The translations under genes and the position numbers were made by a program. Positions 1 through 9,096 of a stretch of DNA of 57,213 nucleotides are shown piece by piece. This DNA comes from Bdellovibrionota bacterium (GTDB lineage: Bacteria; Bdellovibrionota_C; UBA2361; JBGSMV01). Below the pieces are notes generated by a model that did no database searches, had not been told where the DNA came from, and saw nothing but the letters and a program-made list of their open reading frames with translations. The stretch covers positions 1 to 57,213 of the forward strand of contig JBIKWF010000013.1 in assembly GCA_044356455.1 (NCBI GenBank), written 5' to 3'. Every line of letters starts with the position of its first letter. Within the stretch, counting starts at the first letter, position 1.

Positions 1-369
1 ATCGAGCGTTTCTCTCCTTAGTCGCTGCAAAGAGCGATCAATAATTCTCTTGACGTACGCATGATCGACCTTCGCGAGATCATCTAAGTTCGGCACAAAC
101 TTCGTATGGATTCTAATTCTCCGTGAGCACTCCGGACCCGCGCGTGATGTCACCATAGCAATGAGCTGTCCCAGCTGTTCTTCGACACCGGTATAGATAT
201 CGGCGCAGTCAAAAACGACGGGCTCCTCTGGTGCATTCATGGTCAAAGCGCGGAGGTGATTCTCGAGATTGGCTTTCTTCTCGGAGTGTCCACTGCTTAG
301 CTGCCATGCTCCGTAAATGATAGGGGGTGGAGTATAGCCATTGAAACTTCTTGTGGAGCTGGTTGTCAT
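1..369 (-). CDS. Aldo/keto reductase, N-terminal part (runs off the window; not in ORF track)
   Basis: Manual translation from ATG at 369: MTTSSTRSFNGYTPPPIIYGAWQLSSGH...FDCADIYTGVEEQLG...IHTKFVPNL...IIDRSLQRLRRETLD, showing AKR motifs (GxWQ, DxAxxY, IxTK, SLxRL). The ATG overlaps the upstream TGA (ATGA). Confidence 0.9.
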   Translation of the reverse strand, partial: MTTSSTRSFNGYTPPPIIYGAWQLSSGHSEKKANLENHLRALTMNAPEEPVVFDCADIYTGVEEQLGQLIAMVTSRAGPECSRRIRIHTKFVPNLDDLAKVDHAYVKRIIDRSLQRLRRETLD

Positions 370-1497
370 TGTGGTTGCCCTCCTTGACTGGCAGCTTCTC
401 TCAATCGCTCCATCTCTCTGACTCCACTCTCTAGAAAGGCCCGTGCATCAGACTGCCCTCCGGTACCCGGTTCCCTTCCGTCAGTGGGCCTCAGTGCGCG
501 CAGCACCGCCCCGAGATGCGCCTTCGCCTCTATGATGAGTTCATCAATGAGCGCGAGGCCTACGCCGCGAGCCTTCTCTGATAGAGCGAGAGAGGCGAGA
601 GCCACGACTAGATTAATTCCAGAAGAGGCAACGTCTTTCTCCGCAGTCAAAAGGCGCTGCCTGTCCTGCAGAGGATAATAGAGTGAACTCTCACTTCGAA
701 AGTCTCGTCGACTTTCGAGCAGGCCAAAGACAAGCGTTCTAAGGGCTGCATGGTTTGCCGAGTAGGCACCGCTTGGACCCTTGCCAAAGTTCCTTGTGGG
801 ATGCAGGTACTGCCTAAATTCATTAAAGGCCTCGCGATCCAAGGAGCCGTAGTGCTCTCGCATGTGGCGCGTAACCTTTTGGTGAGAGGTGTGCGCAGCC
901 CCAAGAGCTATTGCGATGCTCTCCTCGGCTGCATGACCTTTAGTGCAAAGAGAGAGAGCGCTTTGAACGGAGCTTGCCGCTATTTCTAAAAGACCCTCGA
1001 TTTTTTCGTGGCCAAAGATAGAAGGAGCGCTCAACGTCGCCAACGTGCCCGGTACAAAAGCCGCGCATATCGCAGGGTGGATTATCTCTTACGATAAGCC
1101 CATACGTGAGCACAGGCGGAGCGCCGAGGCGTTCGGCCAGGGAGTCAACAAGCGTGATAAGCTCAGCCGGAATTTTGCCTCTACTTAGTTCAACAGCAGA
1201 TTGCAGCATGGTGAGATCCAGCAGGGCCAGTCTCTGACGAGCCGGACTGCCGCACGCAAGGAGGTTCTCGAATTGGTCTTTTAGCGATTGATTTTCGCAG
1301 CGCTCTGCAACCTGACTCTCAAGTTCTCTTACTTCGAGAGTCCCTTTTCGTATCTTGGAAAGTATCTCCGGGAGCTCTTCGCAAACATAGTGACTGAGCA
1401 AAAGAGGTCTTGTTTGCTGAGACTGCAAAACCCCTTTTAGATTGGAAAGGCTAGTTTCGTGGCCTGAAGAATGAGATGAATGGTGGTACATATACAA
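366..1497 (-). pseudogene. IDO/PrnB-like heme-dependent tryptophan dioxygenase-superfamily gene split by a single-base frameshift (pseudogene or sequencing error)
   Basis: ORFs 940..1497 and 366..1043 join into about 376 aa if one base of the A-run at 1014-1016 is removed (ERSFYL-GHEKIE). Motifs LGAPPVLTY, FRQYL..GPSGA, AHLGAV (candidate proximal His) and GTGG..FL resemble IDO/PrnB. Confidence 0.7.
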
Positions 1498-1512
1498 ATC
1501 CTTTTAACTTAT

Positions 1513-1854
1513 TTAAGCATTCGGAAGAGGCACTGCGCTTGTCTCGCTATGCCTAAGCGTTCGTGTGGTCGTGCGACTAATGCGGAACTTCGCGCCGCAA
1601 TGCGGATCGGGACAGCTTATGTCGCAATCGGTAGTCATCCAATCAGTCGGCTGGAGCGGACGCTGCTTTGCAGGAAGAAGAGGAAGGAGCGCTGCAAGTG
1701 AGTACATCGAGAACCGAGAGACATTCTCAAAAACTAAGTTTTCTCCCTGCACAAGAAAATAACTGCCGGCAACGTGGCTGCACATGAAGGGCTTTTCGCC
1801 TCCAATAACTTCAACTTTGAGGTCGAACAGAAGAAATTCGTCGCTATGGGTCAT
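1513..1854 (-). CDS. TIGR04076-like family protein
   Basis: DLKVEV...CSH..G.YF...GENL...FSMYSLAALLPLLPAKQR...DWM..D..I.CPDP.CG; probable start MTHSDEF at 1854 with AGGA RBS. Confidence 0.75.
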   Translation of the reverse strand: MTHSDEFLLFDLKVEVIGGEKPFMCSHVAGSYFLVQGENLVFENVSRFSMYSLAALLPLLPAKQRPLQPTDWMTTDCDISCPDPHCGAKFRISRTTTRTLRHSETSAVPLPNA

Positions 1855-1971
1855 ATCAGTCCTATTGCTATGGTGGCTACGCCGTGTGCTCGGGAGGGAT
1901 TTCCGCAAGCGAGGCTTTGCCTGAGTTCGATACGTTTATTGGTGAGAAGGTATGAAATGCCCTTGCAGGGC

Positions 1972-1998
1972 AAAAAAAGCTTAGGGCTAGGCCCAGCG
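1972..1998 (-). terminator. Candidate attenuator/terminator hairpin overlapping the end of the leader ORF
   Basis: Minus strand GCTGGGC-CTA-GCCCTAAGC followed by a T7 tract. A second hairpin, TGCCC-TGCAA-GGGCA, follows. Confidence 0.4.
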
Positions 1999-2082
1999 CC
2001 AGAAAGAGAGGGCGCGCGCGGTCCGTGCCGCTCGCACTAGCGCGGCAGAAGCCAGTATTGTGTAAGAAAATAAACTAAGCAT
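1987..2082 (-). CDS. Putative Trp-containing leader peptide (31 aa)
   Basis: MLSLFSYTILASAALVRAARTARALSFWRWA*: two Trp codons next to the stop, located between trpR and the downstream cluster. Confidence 0.5.
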   Translation of the reverse strand: MLSLFSYTILASAALVRAARTARALSFWRWA

Positions 2083-2092
2083 CGCGAAGAAA

Positions 2093-2416
2093 CTATCCTC
2101 TTCTTCTTAAATATATTGAAAGGTCTTTGCCTTTCATTTCCCGCGCGCCGCGGGTCACTGTTGCAATTCCAACTCCCAACGTAGCTGAGATGTCGCGCTG
2201 CGTTTCTCCTTTGTTCAAAAGCTCGAGAATCGCCAAGCGCTGCGTAATCTGATGCAGTTCTTGGGGCGTAAGCAGCACTCGCAAAAACTCCTCAATCGCC
2301 TCGGCGTCAGCAAGGCTACTAAGTAACGCGCTTAGCCTTGTAAGGCTCCAAGACGAATGGTTCGAATTGGAAGCGCTCCTCAAGCGACCGAGTTTTTGGC
2401 GGGAGCGTTTTGCCAT
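2093..2416 (-). CDS. trpR: Trp repressor (TrpR/YerC-YecD family)
   Basis: LLTPQELHQITQRLAILELLNKGETQRDISATLGVGIATVTRG matches the TrpR helix-turn-helix signature. Confidence 0.85.
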   Translation of the reverse strand: MAKRSRQKLGRLRSASNSNHSSWSLTRLSALLSSLADAEAIEEFLRVLLTPQELHQITQRLAILELLNKGETQRDISATLGVGIATVTRGAREMKGKDLSIYLRRRG

Positions 2417-2426
2417 CCTTGGTGCA

Positions 2427-2456
2427 TATGTATCAGTGTACTAGTACGCAAGTCAA
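2427..2456 (-). promoter_or_regulatory. Sigma70-like promoter with TrpR operator upstream of trpR
   Basis: Minus strand TTGACT (-35), then GTACTAGTACACTGATAC (2447-2430), which matches the symmetric TrpR operator GTACTAGTTAACTAGTAC at 14/18 positions. Confidence 0.7.
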
Positions 2457-2813
2457 GCCAAGTTGTCACAAAAAGTTGCTGGTAAGCAGACGGGGGGCTT
2501 CTATAGCTCCGTGCAGTGCTTAAGGGGGGGAGCTACTTGAGCAGAGGAGTAGTCTCGTAACTAAAGCTACTTTTCGCCGCAGGTGCCTGCTCTTAGTGAG
2601 AGAATTAGAAAATAACCCAAGTCGCCTCTATTGCGATGGAACCAAGGCGGACATCTCAGGGAGCAGGGGGAGCTAACATGCTAAAAACATGAAGTAATAA
2701 TTTCTTCTCCCTTGGGGAGGGAAGTGTGTGGGCTCCTGTCGCTGACTGATTGCTTAAAAAGGAAGTTTCGGTATTCTCCAAGCGGTCTGTTTGGTTAATC
2801 CCTCGCAAGGAGA

Positions 2814-5800
2814 GTGCTCATGTTTTCAAGTTTTGTCGCACAAGTGAGAGCTTCCAGCTTGGTGGTCACGGGAATCGTGGCCTCGCTTACTCTATTGGTG
2901 CAATCCGCCTCTTACGCACAACCGACTCCTACGCCTCGCGTTAGGGAGGCTCAGCTTCAAGCAGTTGCCTGCTATCTTGCGGTGGACGGGGACGATGCTA
3001 TCCAATGTCAGTATTGCCCCTCCGGCCAGGCTCCTGCCCAAGTTTTCCCGCGCGGACTTGAGTACGACACCGCAACCACCTTTGTTTGTTTAGATAACTT
3101 AGGTCTCTATAATTCAGAGACAGGTCTTCGAACCGCTTCAAATTACGACGCCACGCTGGGTCGCTGGGTGATTAACGGTAAATACCTCAAGACCAACCTA
3201 CAGAGTAATGCGCCAGTAGTTGGCCGATTTGCTCGCCCCACGAATGATTTCCAAGTTAATCCAAGTGGTACTTCGAGCGCAGATGCGCGTCAGAATACGC
3301 TCTGGAGTTCGGAAGTTCACCTTTACTACTATATTAACGACTTCCGTAAGCGCTTCATAAACGACACCTTTGTTAACTCGCTCTCCCTCCCAGCCCAAGC
3401 GAGCTTAAATCTGAGGAACCGCCAGTTTCGTCCTGACTTGCAGGGGATTGTTAATTCCCGCCTGCCTTGGACCTATCCCAATGAAATCCAAAGTTTGACC
3501 CCCACTCTTTGGTCAACCTCGGTGCCCGCGAACAATTTCTTTTCTCCTTCAAGGCAGCGCCTTAATACGGTCGATCCGCTCGACTCAACAGCATTTGATC
3601 CAGAGTATGTAATTGCCCAATACGCGGGAGCAGCTGCTAATTGGATTACCTCCGGGACTGCTCAGTGGCCAGCTGATCCAACGTGGGGAACGGTTGGCAA
3701 TCTAAGCTGGCGCACGGATGTTCGCCCGGCTGTCCTTGAAGGCTTTAAGCTTTGGAGTGCCTATCGCTACTCTGGGAGAACAGAACTCAATAAGTACGCA
3801 ATGCGCGTCTATCGCCGCTGGCGTGGTTCTATCTGCGGTGGAACTAATCAGCCTGCGTGCAATAAGGGTTGGAACATCGATAATGCGATGATGTATCTCG
3901 ATTCAGCAGATCCTGTGCTGAATAACCCGACCAACGCAAGTTGGCCTGCGAATAACTCGGACGACACCCTCCTTTTCCCCTATGGAACCAATTACGGGAC
4001 AAACCAATATGGAATCCGCAATGCCTTTGGTGGGGTAGAGCACTACGGCCCACATAATGCCGAACTTGGTGGCATGTTCATCGCTGGCCTCTTTTATGAC
4101 ATTTCAAAGGAAGTGGGTCTTGGGGACTACAAGGCTGACCAGCTCTTTTGGAAGACGATTTCGCTTCTTGATCCCTCCGTCGCCATCGACATGACCACGT
4201 TTGCGGTTCGTGTGCAGCAGGCTGCCCGGGCTCTATTCCCCAATACCTCTAACCCGGCGCTTAGCTGGTATGAGCAGGATATTGTTGATGTGTTCGCTTC
4301 TCGTGGCGTGAAGATGAACGGCGTTACGAACTTCCTTGACAACGTTCCCCCTGCTATCGGAATGACCGCAAATCCTGGTCCAGGGTCTCTAATTACCGCG
4401 AGTGCGACTGTTGGTTTTGGGTCTTCAATTCCTGAGACGCAGAGAAATTCTACTACGGGATATAACTTTCTTAGTTTCTTCCAGAATGGTTACCAGGTTA
4501 CCACGCCTGGGACTCAGTATGTGACGTATCAGTTCTATAAGTTCTCGAAGTATGGACCATGCGATCAGCTTGATCTCACCAACGGGACCATAAACGCTCC
4601 GGCAGGCTCATCGAACCCAATCATGAACTATGACGGTTCAATGGCAGCCTCTTACAAGGGGAGGTCGCTCGGAAACACTCTCATCATGGCGCCTGGCCAG
4701 ACCTTGCGTTTCCTCCGTCGCCGTCAATCCTGCGTATCAGAGCAAGATGGCTACTATGCTGAAGACGTGCGTCCTTTCGGGTTTAGGGCACTTAAGGCTA
4801 TCCCGAATGGGTTTACTTTCTCGGTTGCTCGGATAGGGGCCACCTCTGGTCGCTATTCGTATCGCTTAACCGCGGTTGACCCTTCTCTGACTTTGACGGG
4901 ACCAAATACCGGCCCTGCTACCTACAACTGGACCTTTACCGAGTATAATGGCGCGGTAGTGAACGCTACGGGACAGCAAGTGGTATACAACGCGCTTATC
5001 AATCAGCCAGTTACGATTAGCGTAACAAGGGTACGCGGAGCACAAAATGACAATATCACGGTGCGTGAGCGCGGGAATGACCTTGATAGAAACAGCGGCA
5101 AGCAATTCAATCAGGATTACTGGAATCCCGGCTATGCAGTTGGATTTGATACCATTGTGAATCGACGTTTAGTCGAAGGGCACGGTTCGTACAACTCAGC
5201 ACTTAACCCAGTGGGTGGTGCGTTTGGTGTCCAAGGCCGTCGCTGGACGACGCCAAATCAGATAGTGCAGCCGCTGCGCTTTAGCACCGTTTCTCACGGT
5301 CTTGGCTCTGGCAGCAACCAGAATGGGCCTTACCGCTTCCAGGATGCGGTCTATTACAACGCTTGCATCTGGGGGGCGCGTGGCAATGTTACCCAGTTCC
5401 CTGGCTGCCATCAGAATAATGTGGGCGGTGACTATGAGATACAAGTTCCCTTTAGCCAGGTTGGGATAACCGTTGGAAGTCCCTTTGCTACCGTGACTGC
5501 AGGCAGTTACCCCGGGTACTTGTGGACGGTGAATTACCCAACCAATTGGCGTCTTGATGCGAATCGCGAGTACTATTTTGGATCGCATATTTCAGCGAGC
5601 GTCGTGAATAACGGTTACTCGTATAATGTCTGCTCGTATGCGCAGGCGGCCTGGGATGGAGCTGTCGCTGGTAATGCAGCGGATAGGTCCGATTGGCTGG
5701 CTGGCGCAAACTGGAGTGGTTCAGGCGGAGCGCCAGTGCCGCAGACCATGCGTCAATATTTGAGTTCGGCCGGTTCCGTTTCGAACTGCACCTATGCAGC

Positions 5801-5834
5801 CTATAAGTTTGAAGGAACTACGGTTGCTCCGTAA
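2814..5834 (+). CDS. Large secreted protein with degenerate M4/M36 (thermolysin/fungalysin-like) domain and C-terminal beta-rich domains
   Basis: Signal peptide; EVHLYYYIN; AFDPEYVIAQYAG where HExxH is expected; VLEGF; H..E.GG.FIAGLFYDI...ADQLFW...F..RVQQAARAL...VFASRG. Confidence 0.55.
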   Translation: MLMFSSFVAQVRASSLVVTGIVASLTLLVQSASYAQPTPTPRVREAQLQAVACYLAVDGDDAIQCQYCPSGQAPAQVFPRGLEYDTATTFVCLDNLGLYNSETGLRTASNYDATLGRWVINGKYLKTNLQSNAPVVGRFARPTNDFQVNPSGTSSADARQNTLWSSEVHLYYYINDFRKRFINDTFVNSLSLPAQASLNLRNRQFRPDLQGIVNSRLPWTYPNEIQSLTPTLWSTSVPANNFFSPSRQRLNTVDPLDSTAFDPEYVIAQYAGAAANWITSGTAQWPADPTWGTVGNLSWRTDVRPAVLEGFKLWSAYRYSGRTELNKYAMRVYRRWRGSICGGTNQPACNKGWNIDNAMMYLDSADPVLNNPTNASWPANNSDDTLLFPYGTNYGTNQYGIRNAFGGVEHYGPHNAELGGMFIAGLFYDISKEVGLGDYKADQLFWKTISLLDPSVAIDMTTFAVRVQQAARALFPNTSNPALSWYEQDIVDVFASRGVKMNGVTNFLDNVPPAIGMTANPGPGSLITASATVGFGSSIPETQRNSTTGYNFLSFFQNGYQVTTPGTQYVTYQFYKFSKYGPCDQLDLTNGTINAPAGSSNPIMNYDGSMAASYKGRSLGNTLIMAPGQTLRFLRRRQSCVSEQDGYYAEDVRPFGFRALKAIPNGFTFSVARIGATSGRYSYRLTAVDPSLTLTGPNTGPATYNWTFTEYNGAVVNATGQQVVYNALINQPVTISVTRVRGAQNDNITVRERGNDLDRNSGKQFNQDYWNPGYAVGFDTIVNRRLVEGHGSYNSALNPVGGAFGVQGRRWTTPNQIVQPLRFSTVSHGLGSGSNQNGPYRFQDAVYYNACIWGARGNVTQFPGCHQNNVGGDYEIQVPFSQVGITVGSPFATVTAGSYPGYLWTVNYPTNWRLDANREYYFGSHISASVVNNGYSYNVCSYAQAAWDGAVAGNAADRSDWLAGANWSGSGGAPVPQTMRQYLSSAGSVSNCTYAAYKFEGTTVAP

Positions 5835-5900
5835 TAGAGGGTTCGGTAATTGGGGCAGAATCTTATAGGAACTGGCCACAGCGATTGAACTGCCGGAGGC

Positions 5901-6572
5901 ATGCAGCAAGGTAGTATGTCGAACGCAGTTCTTTCCGCTCGGGCCATCCCCTCCCAGGCACCAGCCCAGCCCTCACGACCCTTCTGGCGTGAGGCTGGGC
6001 TGGCTCTTTTTCTGCTGCTATCTTTAGTTTTATTTGACGGTGAGGCAGAGGAGTCGCCCCTAGTTCCCTATTTCAAACCTGACGCCGTTTCAAGAGTAGT
6101 CCTTAAGCGCCCCTTTGATCGCGTAGTTTTCGCCCGGGCTGAAGGGCCGGGAGAGTCTATTCAGGCCCTAGCCCCAGGTTCTGGGCCGCTTCGCGAGGAT
6201 GCGGGCTGGCAAAGCGAATCTGGAGAGTCTGCTCCCCCAGGGATGGTGAACCTCTTACTCTCCGAGATCGCCACTGCAAAAGCCGATCGCCGCATGCCGA
6301 CAGCAAGCCCTTCTGATCTCGGTTTTGACAGTCCCTCCCTTATCATTACTCTCAGCGAAGGTGAGAAGGTGCGGAGGATTACGGTGGGGGGACTCAGCGA
6401 ATACCTCCAGCAGTATTATGTACGCCTTGATGAGGATGCGCAGATTTATCTCACCAAGGGACGTTTTGTCCCGCTGGCCCTTCGCCCTCGCGAGGATTTG
6501 ACTCAGATTGTGGTGCAGGGGCCAATAAAGCCAAACGAGCTTGCGGTAGGCGCCTCTGGGGAGTTTGAATAG
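5901..6572 (+). CDS. DUF4340-like membrane-anchored protein
   Basis: N-terminal TM helix; DLGFDSPSLIITL...ITVGG...YYVR...IYL; adjacent to a GldF/GldG-type gene. Confidence 0.7.
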   Translation: MQQGSMSNAVLSARAIPSQAPAQPSRPFWREAGLALFLLLSLVLFDGEAEESPLVPYFKPDAVSRVVLKRPFDRVVFARAEGPGESIQALAPGSGPLREDAGWQSESGESAPPGMVNLLLSEIATAKADRRMPTASPSDLGFDSPSLIITLSEGEKVRRITVGGLSEYLQQYYVRLDEDAQIYLTKGRFVPLALRPREDLTQIVVQGPIKPNELAVGASGEFE

Positions 6573-6655
6573 AACCATCCTTGGCGCCCTCACCGTCCTC
6601 TCTCACGGGGCCCTACCTCGTCCGTAAGAGGCCCAGGCTATGTTTTTGACGCTAC

Positions 6656-6725
6656 GGAACCTCTGAAAAATTCACCGCTGTGTACCTCTGAGGTGTATTA
6701 AGAACGAAGGTTTTTCAGAGGCTCC
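6656..6725. mobile_element. MITE-like element family 1 (short copy)
   Basis: TIRs GGAACCTCTGAAAAA / TTTTTCAGAGGCTCC, flanked by CTAC / CTAG. Confidence 0.7.
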
Positions 6726-6795
6726 CTAGATAAAGTTTCGAGCTTCGATACTCCCGAATTGCCCCGCATCCCAGACCCGAGTACCATTTCGCCTC

Positions 6796-9096
6796 ATGAA
6801 AAGAGCGCTCGCAATAGCCCGCCGAGACTGCGCCGGTTTCTTTAAGAGCCCCCGCGGATATTTCTTCTTGGCGCTTGCGGTTGCGCTTTGGGGTTTTTAT
6901 TTTCTCAATATTCTTGGGCGCTACAATTTTATTGTGGCCCGAGCTGCCGGGATGCAAATCCGCAGCGAAATAAGTGTGCCATCCTTACATCAATTTGTGA
7001 TCGCGCCATATTTCCAGCTCGTTCTCATGAGCTTTGTCTTTCTTATACCGCTCTTTGCAATGCGGAGTTTTGCTGAGGAGCGGCAAACAGGAACCATGGA
7101 GCTGCTGCTCACTTCCCCAGGTGGCAGTTTTGGGATTGTCTGTGGAAAATTTCTTGCGCTTGCCGCAATCGTTCTGACTTTCTGTGCTATTGCGGGAGCC
7201 TTTCCTCTTACCCTTCTCATATGGGGGGATCCAGACAAGGGTGCCATACTTTCGGGTCTGGCAGGGTTGCTGCTGGCGGGGCTTTCCTTTGCGGCGCTCT
7301 CTCTTGCCTGTGGGGCGCGAAGCGAGCGGCAACTTTCTGCTGCGGTGCTCGGAGTGTTTGTTCTGAGTAGTTTATTACTTCTGCATACCGCTGCGGCCCT
7401 TCTTCCCAGCAGACTTAGATATTTGACCGAGCTCTTCTCTGCCTTTCTTCAAGCGGCTCAGTTCTATGATGGGTACCTTTCCCTGCAAGGAGTTCTCTAC
7501 TTCCTGCTTCTCTCTGCGCTTGGCCTGGGGCTCGCATCTTATGGAATTCGTCCCGGGGTAGCGGGCAGCGAATCCCGGCCGTTAAAGGGGAAGGGGAGTA
7601 AAATCATCTTTCCAGCCTCCGTAATGCTCATTGCGACTGGCGGAATTCTCGCGTTGGTACAGGGGGCCTGGGCCCTCCTCTCTCTCTCGCATCTTTTGAT
7701 TGGAGTAGTGCTGTTACTTGCGAGTGGAATTCTCAGAAGGGGACTTTTCACTCTCGCTAGTCCGTCAGTGCTCCTCTCTCTGCGAATGTTGATTGGGGTC
7801 CTTCTTTTTGCTTGCGCTGTAAAATCTGAGCTCTTTATTGACGTGAGCGATACGCGTCAATTCAGCTTAAGCGAGCATACGAAAGCAGTGCTTCGAACTC
7901 TGCCGGCAAAAGTTGGGTTTCGGTATATTCTCCGCGACGATCTTGCCATTGATGGGCGCGCGCAGAGACTCCTTTCGACCTTTGTCTCCGAAGGGCCTGA
8001 AAATCTTTCAGTGGAAATCATCAACCCGGCTGATTTTCCAAGTATCACCTCTACCTTTGGCATGAGTCCCGAAGATGCCCTTCAATTGTTTTCGAACGAC
8101 TTCACTCCACCACGAGCCCTCAAAATAAAGGAGATGAACGAGTCGACTCTTTCCGCGGCATTATTGACCCTTACGAAGTCAGAGCCGACCAAAATCTACT
8201 TCCTAGAAGAGGGAGGAGCCGTGCGCTTATCCGACACTTCAGGGCGCGGAGTAAGTAAGTTTGCGGCCCGAGCAGAGCAAGAGGGCCTCACTCCCCTTAG
8301 CCTTGAATCAGGTTCCCAGGGAATTCCAGAGGACGCGAAAGTAGTGGCGCTGATTGGTCCCAGAGAGGAGCTTTCTTCTCAAACGCTTGATGCTCTCGGC
8401 GCCTTTCTTGCTGGCGGGGGAAGACTTTTCATTACGCTCGATCCTCCCTTTATTGGAGTGCTACGCAAGTTCTTAATCGAGAGAGGTGTAGAGGCAAAAA
8501 ATGAGCTCGTTGTTGATGCCGAGCAGCGAGCCTTTTCCAGAGGGAAGGCAGGTCTTCAGCCGCTGGTGCACGAGTTAGCAGAGCACCCTGTTACGAATCG
8601 CCTGAGCGGCTCTAATTCAGTATTGATGAATACTGCAGCTCCCGTGGGGATTCCATCTGAGCCAGCGACTGAATATTCCGTGCGGGAGCTTCTTTTCGCA
8701 AGCGCCGGCTCGGGCGCAGAGCCAGATATTATTCCGCTTCTCACGGGCAAGCGAGATATCGCCTCAGTTCCTGGAGGCCGGGAAGAAGTTTCGCTTGCGC
8801 TTGGTGCTGCGGCCGAGAGTGCACGTGATGGTTCTCGGTTGGTCGTTTACGGCGACAGCGATTGGCTTCTCAACTCCGCCTTTGAGTATTATTCGAATGC
8901 GAACCTGGCGCTTAACTCGCTTCAGTGGCTTGCGGGTAATGAGTGGGCGCTTGCAGAGCGGGTGAGAACCGAACTCTCTGCCTCTGTGGCGGTAAGTGAA
9001 AAGAATTTCTCTCTTTTGATGAGTCTCACCATTTTGGGCGTGGAGGCCTTGGCGCTTGTTGGTTTACTGCGAATGCGTACCTTGTCGGAGACCTAG
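6796..9096 (+). CDS. ABC-2 permease (GldF-like) fused to GldG-like ABC auxiliary domain
   Basis: MRSFAEERQTGTMELLLTSP..IVCGKF in the permease part; DVSDTRQFSLSEHT, GGRLFI.LDP and RLVVYGDSDW...N..L.LN.L.WL in the auxiliary part. Confidence 0.85.
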   Translation: MKRALAIARRDCAGFFKSPRGYFFLALAVALWGFYFLNILGRYNFIVARAAGMQIRSEISVPSLHQFVIAPYFQLVLMSFVFLIPLFAMRSFAEERQTGTMELLLTSPGGSFGIVCGKFLALAAIVLTFCAIAGAFPLTLLIWGDPDKGAILSGLAGLLLAGLSFAALSLACGARSERQLSAAVLGVFVLSSLLLLHTAAALLPSRLRYLTELFSAFLQAAQFYDGYLSLQGVLYFLLLSALGLGLASYGIRPGVAGSESRPLKGKGSKIIFPASVMLIATGGILALVQGAWALLSLSHLLIGVVLLLASGILRRGLFTLASPSVLLSLRMLIGVLLFACAVKSELFIDVSDTRQFSLSEHTKAVLRTLPAKVGFRYILRDDLAIDGRAQRLLSTFVSEGPENLSVEIINPADFPSITSTFGMSPEDALQLFSNDFTPPRALKIKEMNESTLSAALLTLTKSEPTKIYFLEEGGAVRLSDTSGRGVSKFAARAEQEGLTPLSLESGSQGIPEDAKVVALIGPREELSSQTLDALGAFLAGGGRLFITLDPPFIGVLRKFLIERGVEAKNELVVDAEQRAFSRGKAGLQPLVHELAEHPVTNRLSGSNSVLMNTAAPVGIPSEPATEYSVRELLFASAGSGAEPDIIPLLTGKRDIASVPGGREEVSLALGAAAESARDGSRLVVYGDSDWLLNSAFEYYSNANLALNSLQWLAGNEWALAERVRTELSASVAVSEKNFSLLMSLTILGVEALALVGLLRMRTLSET

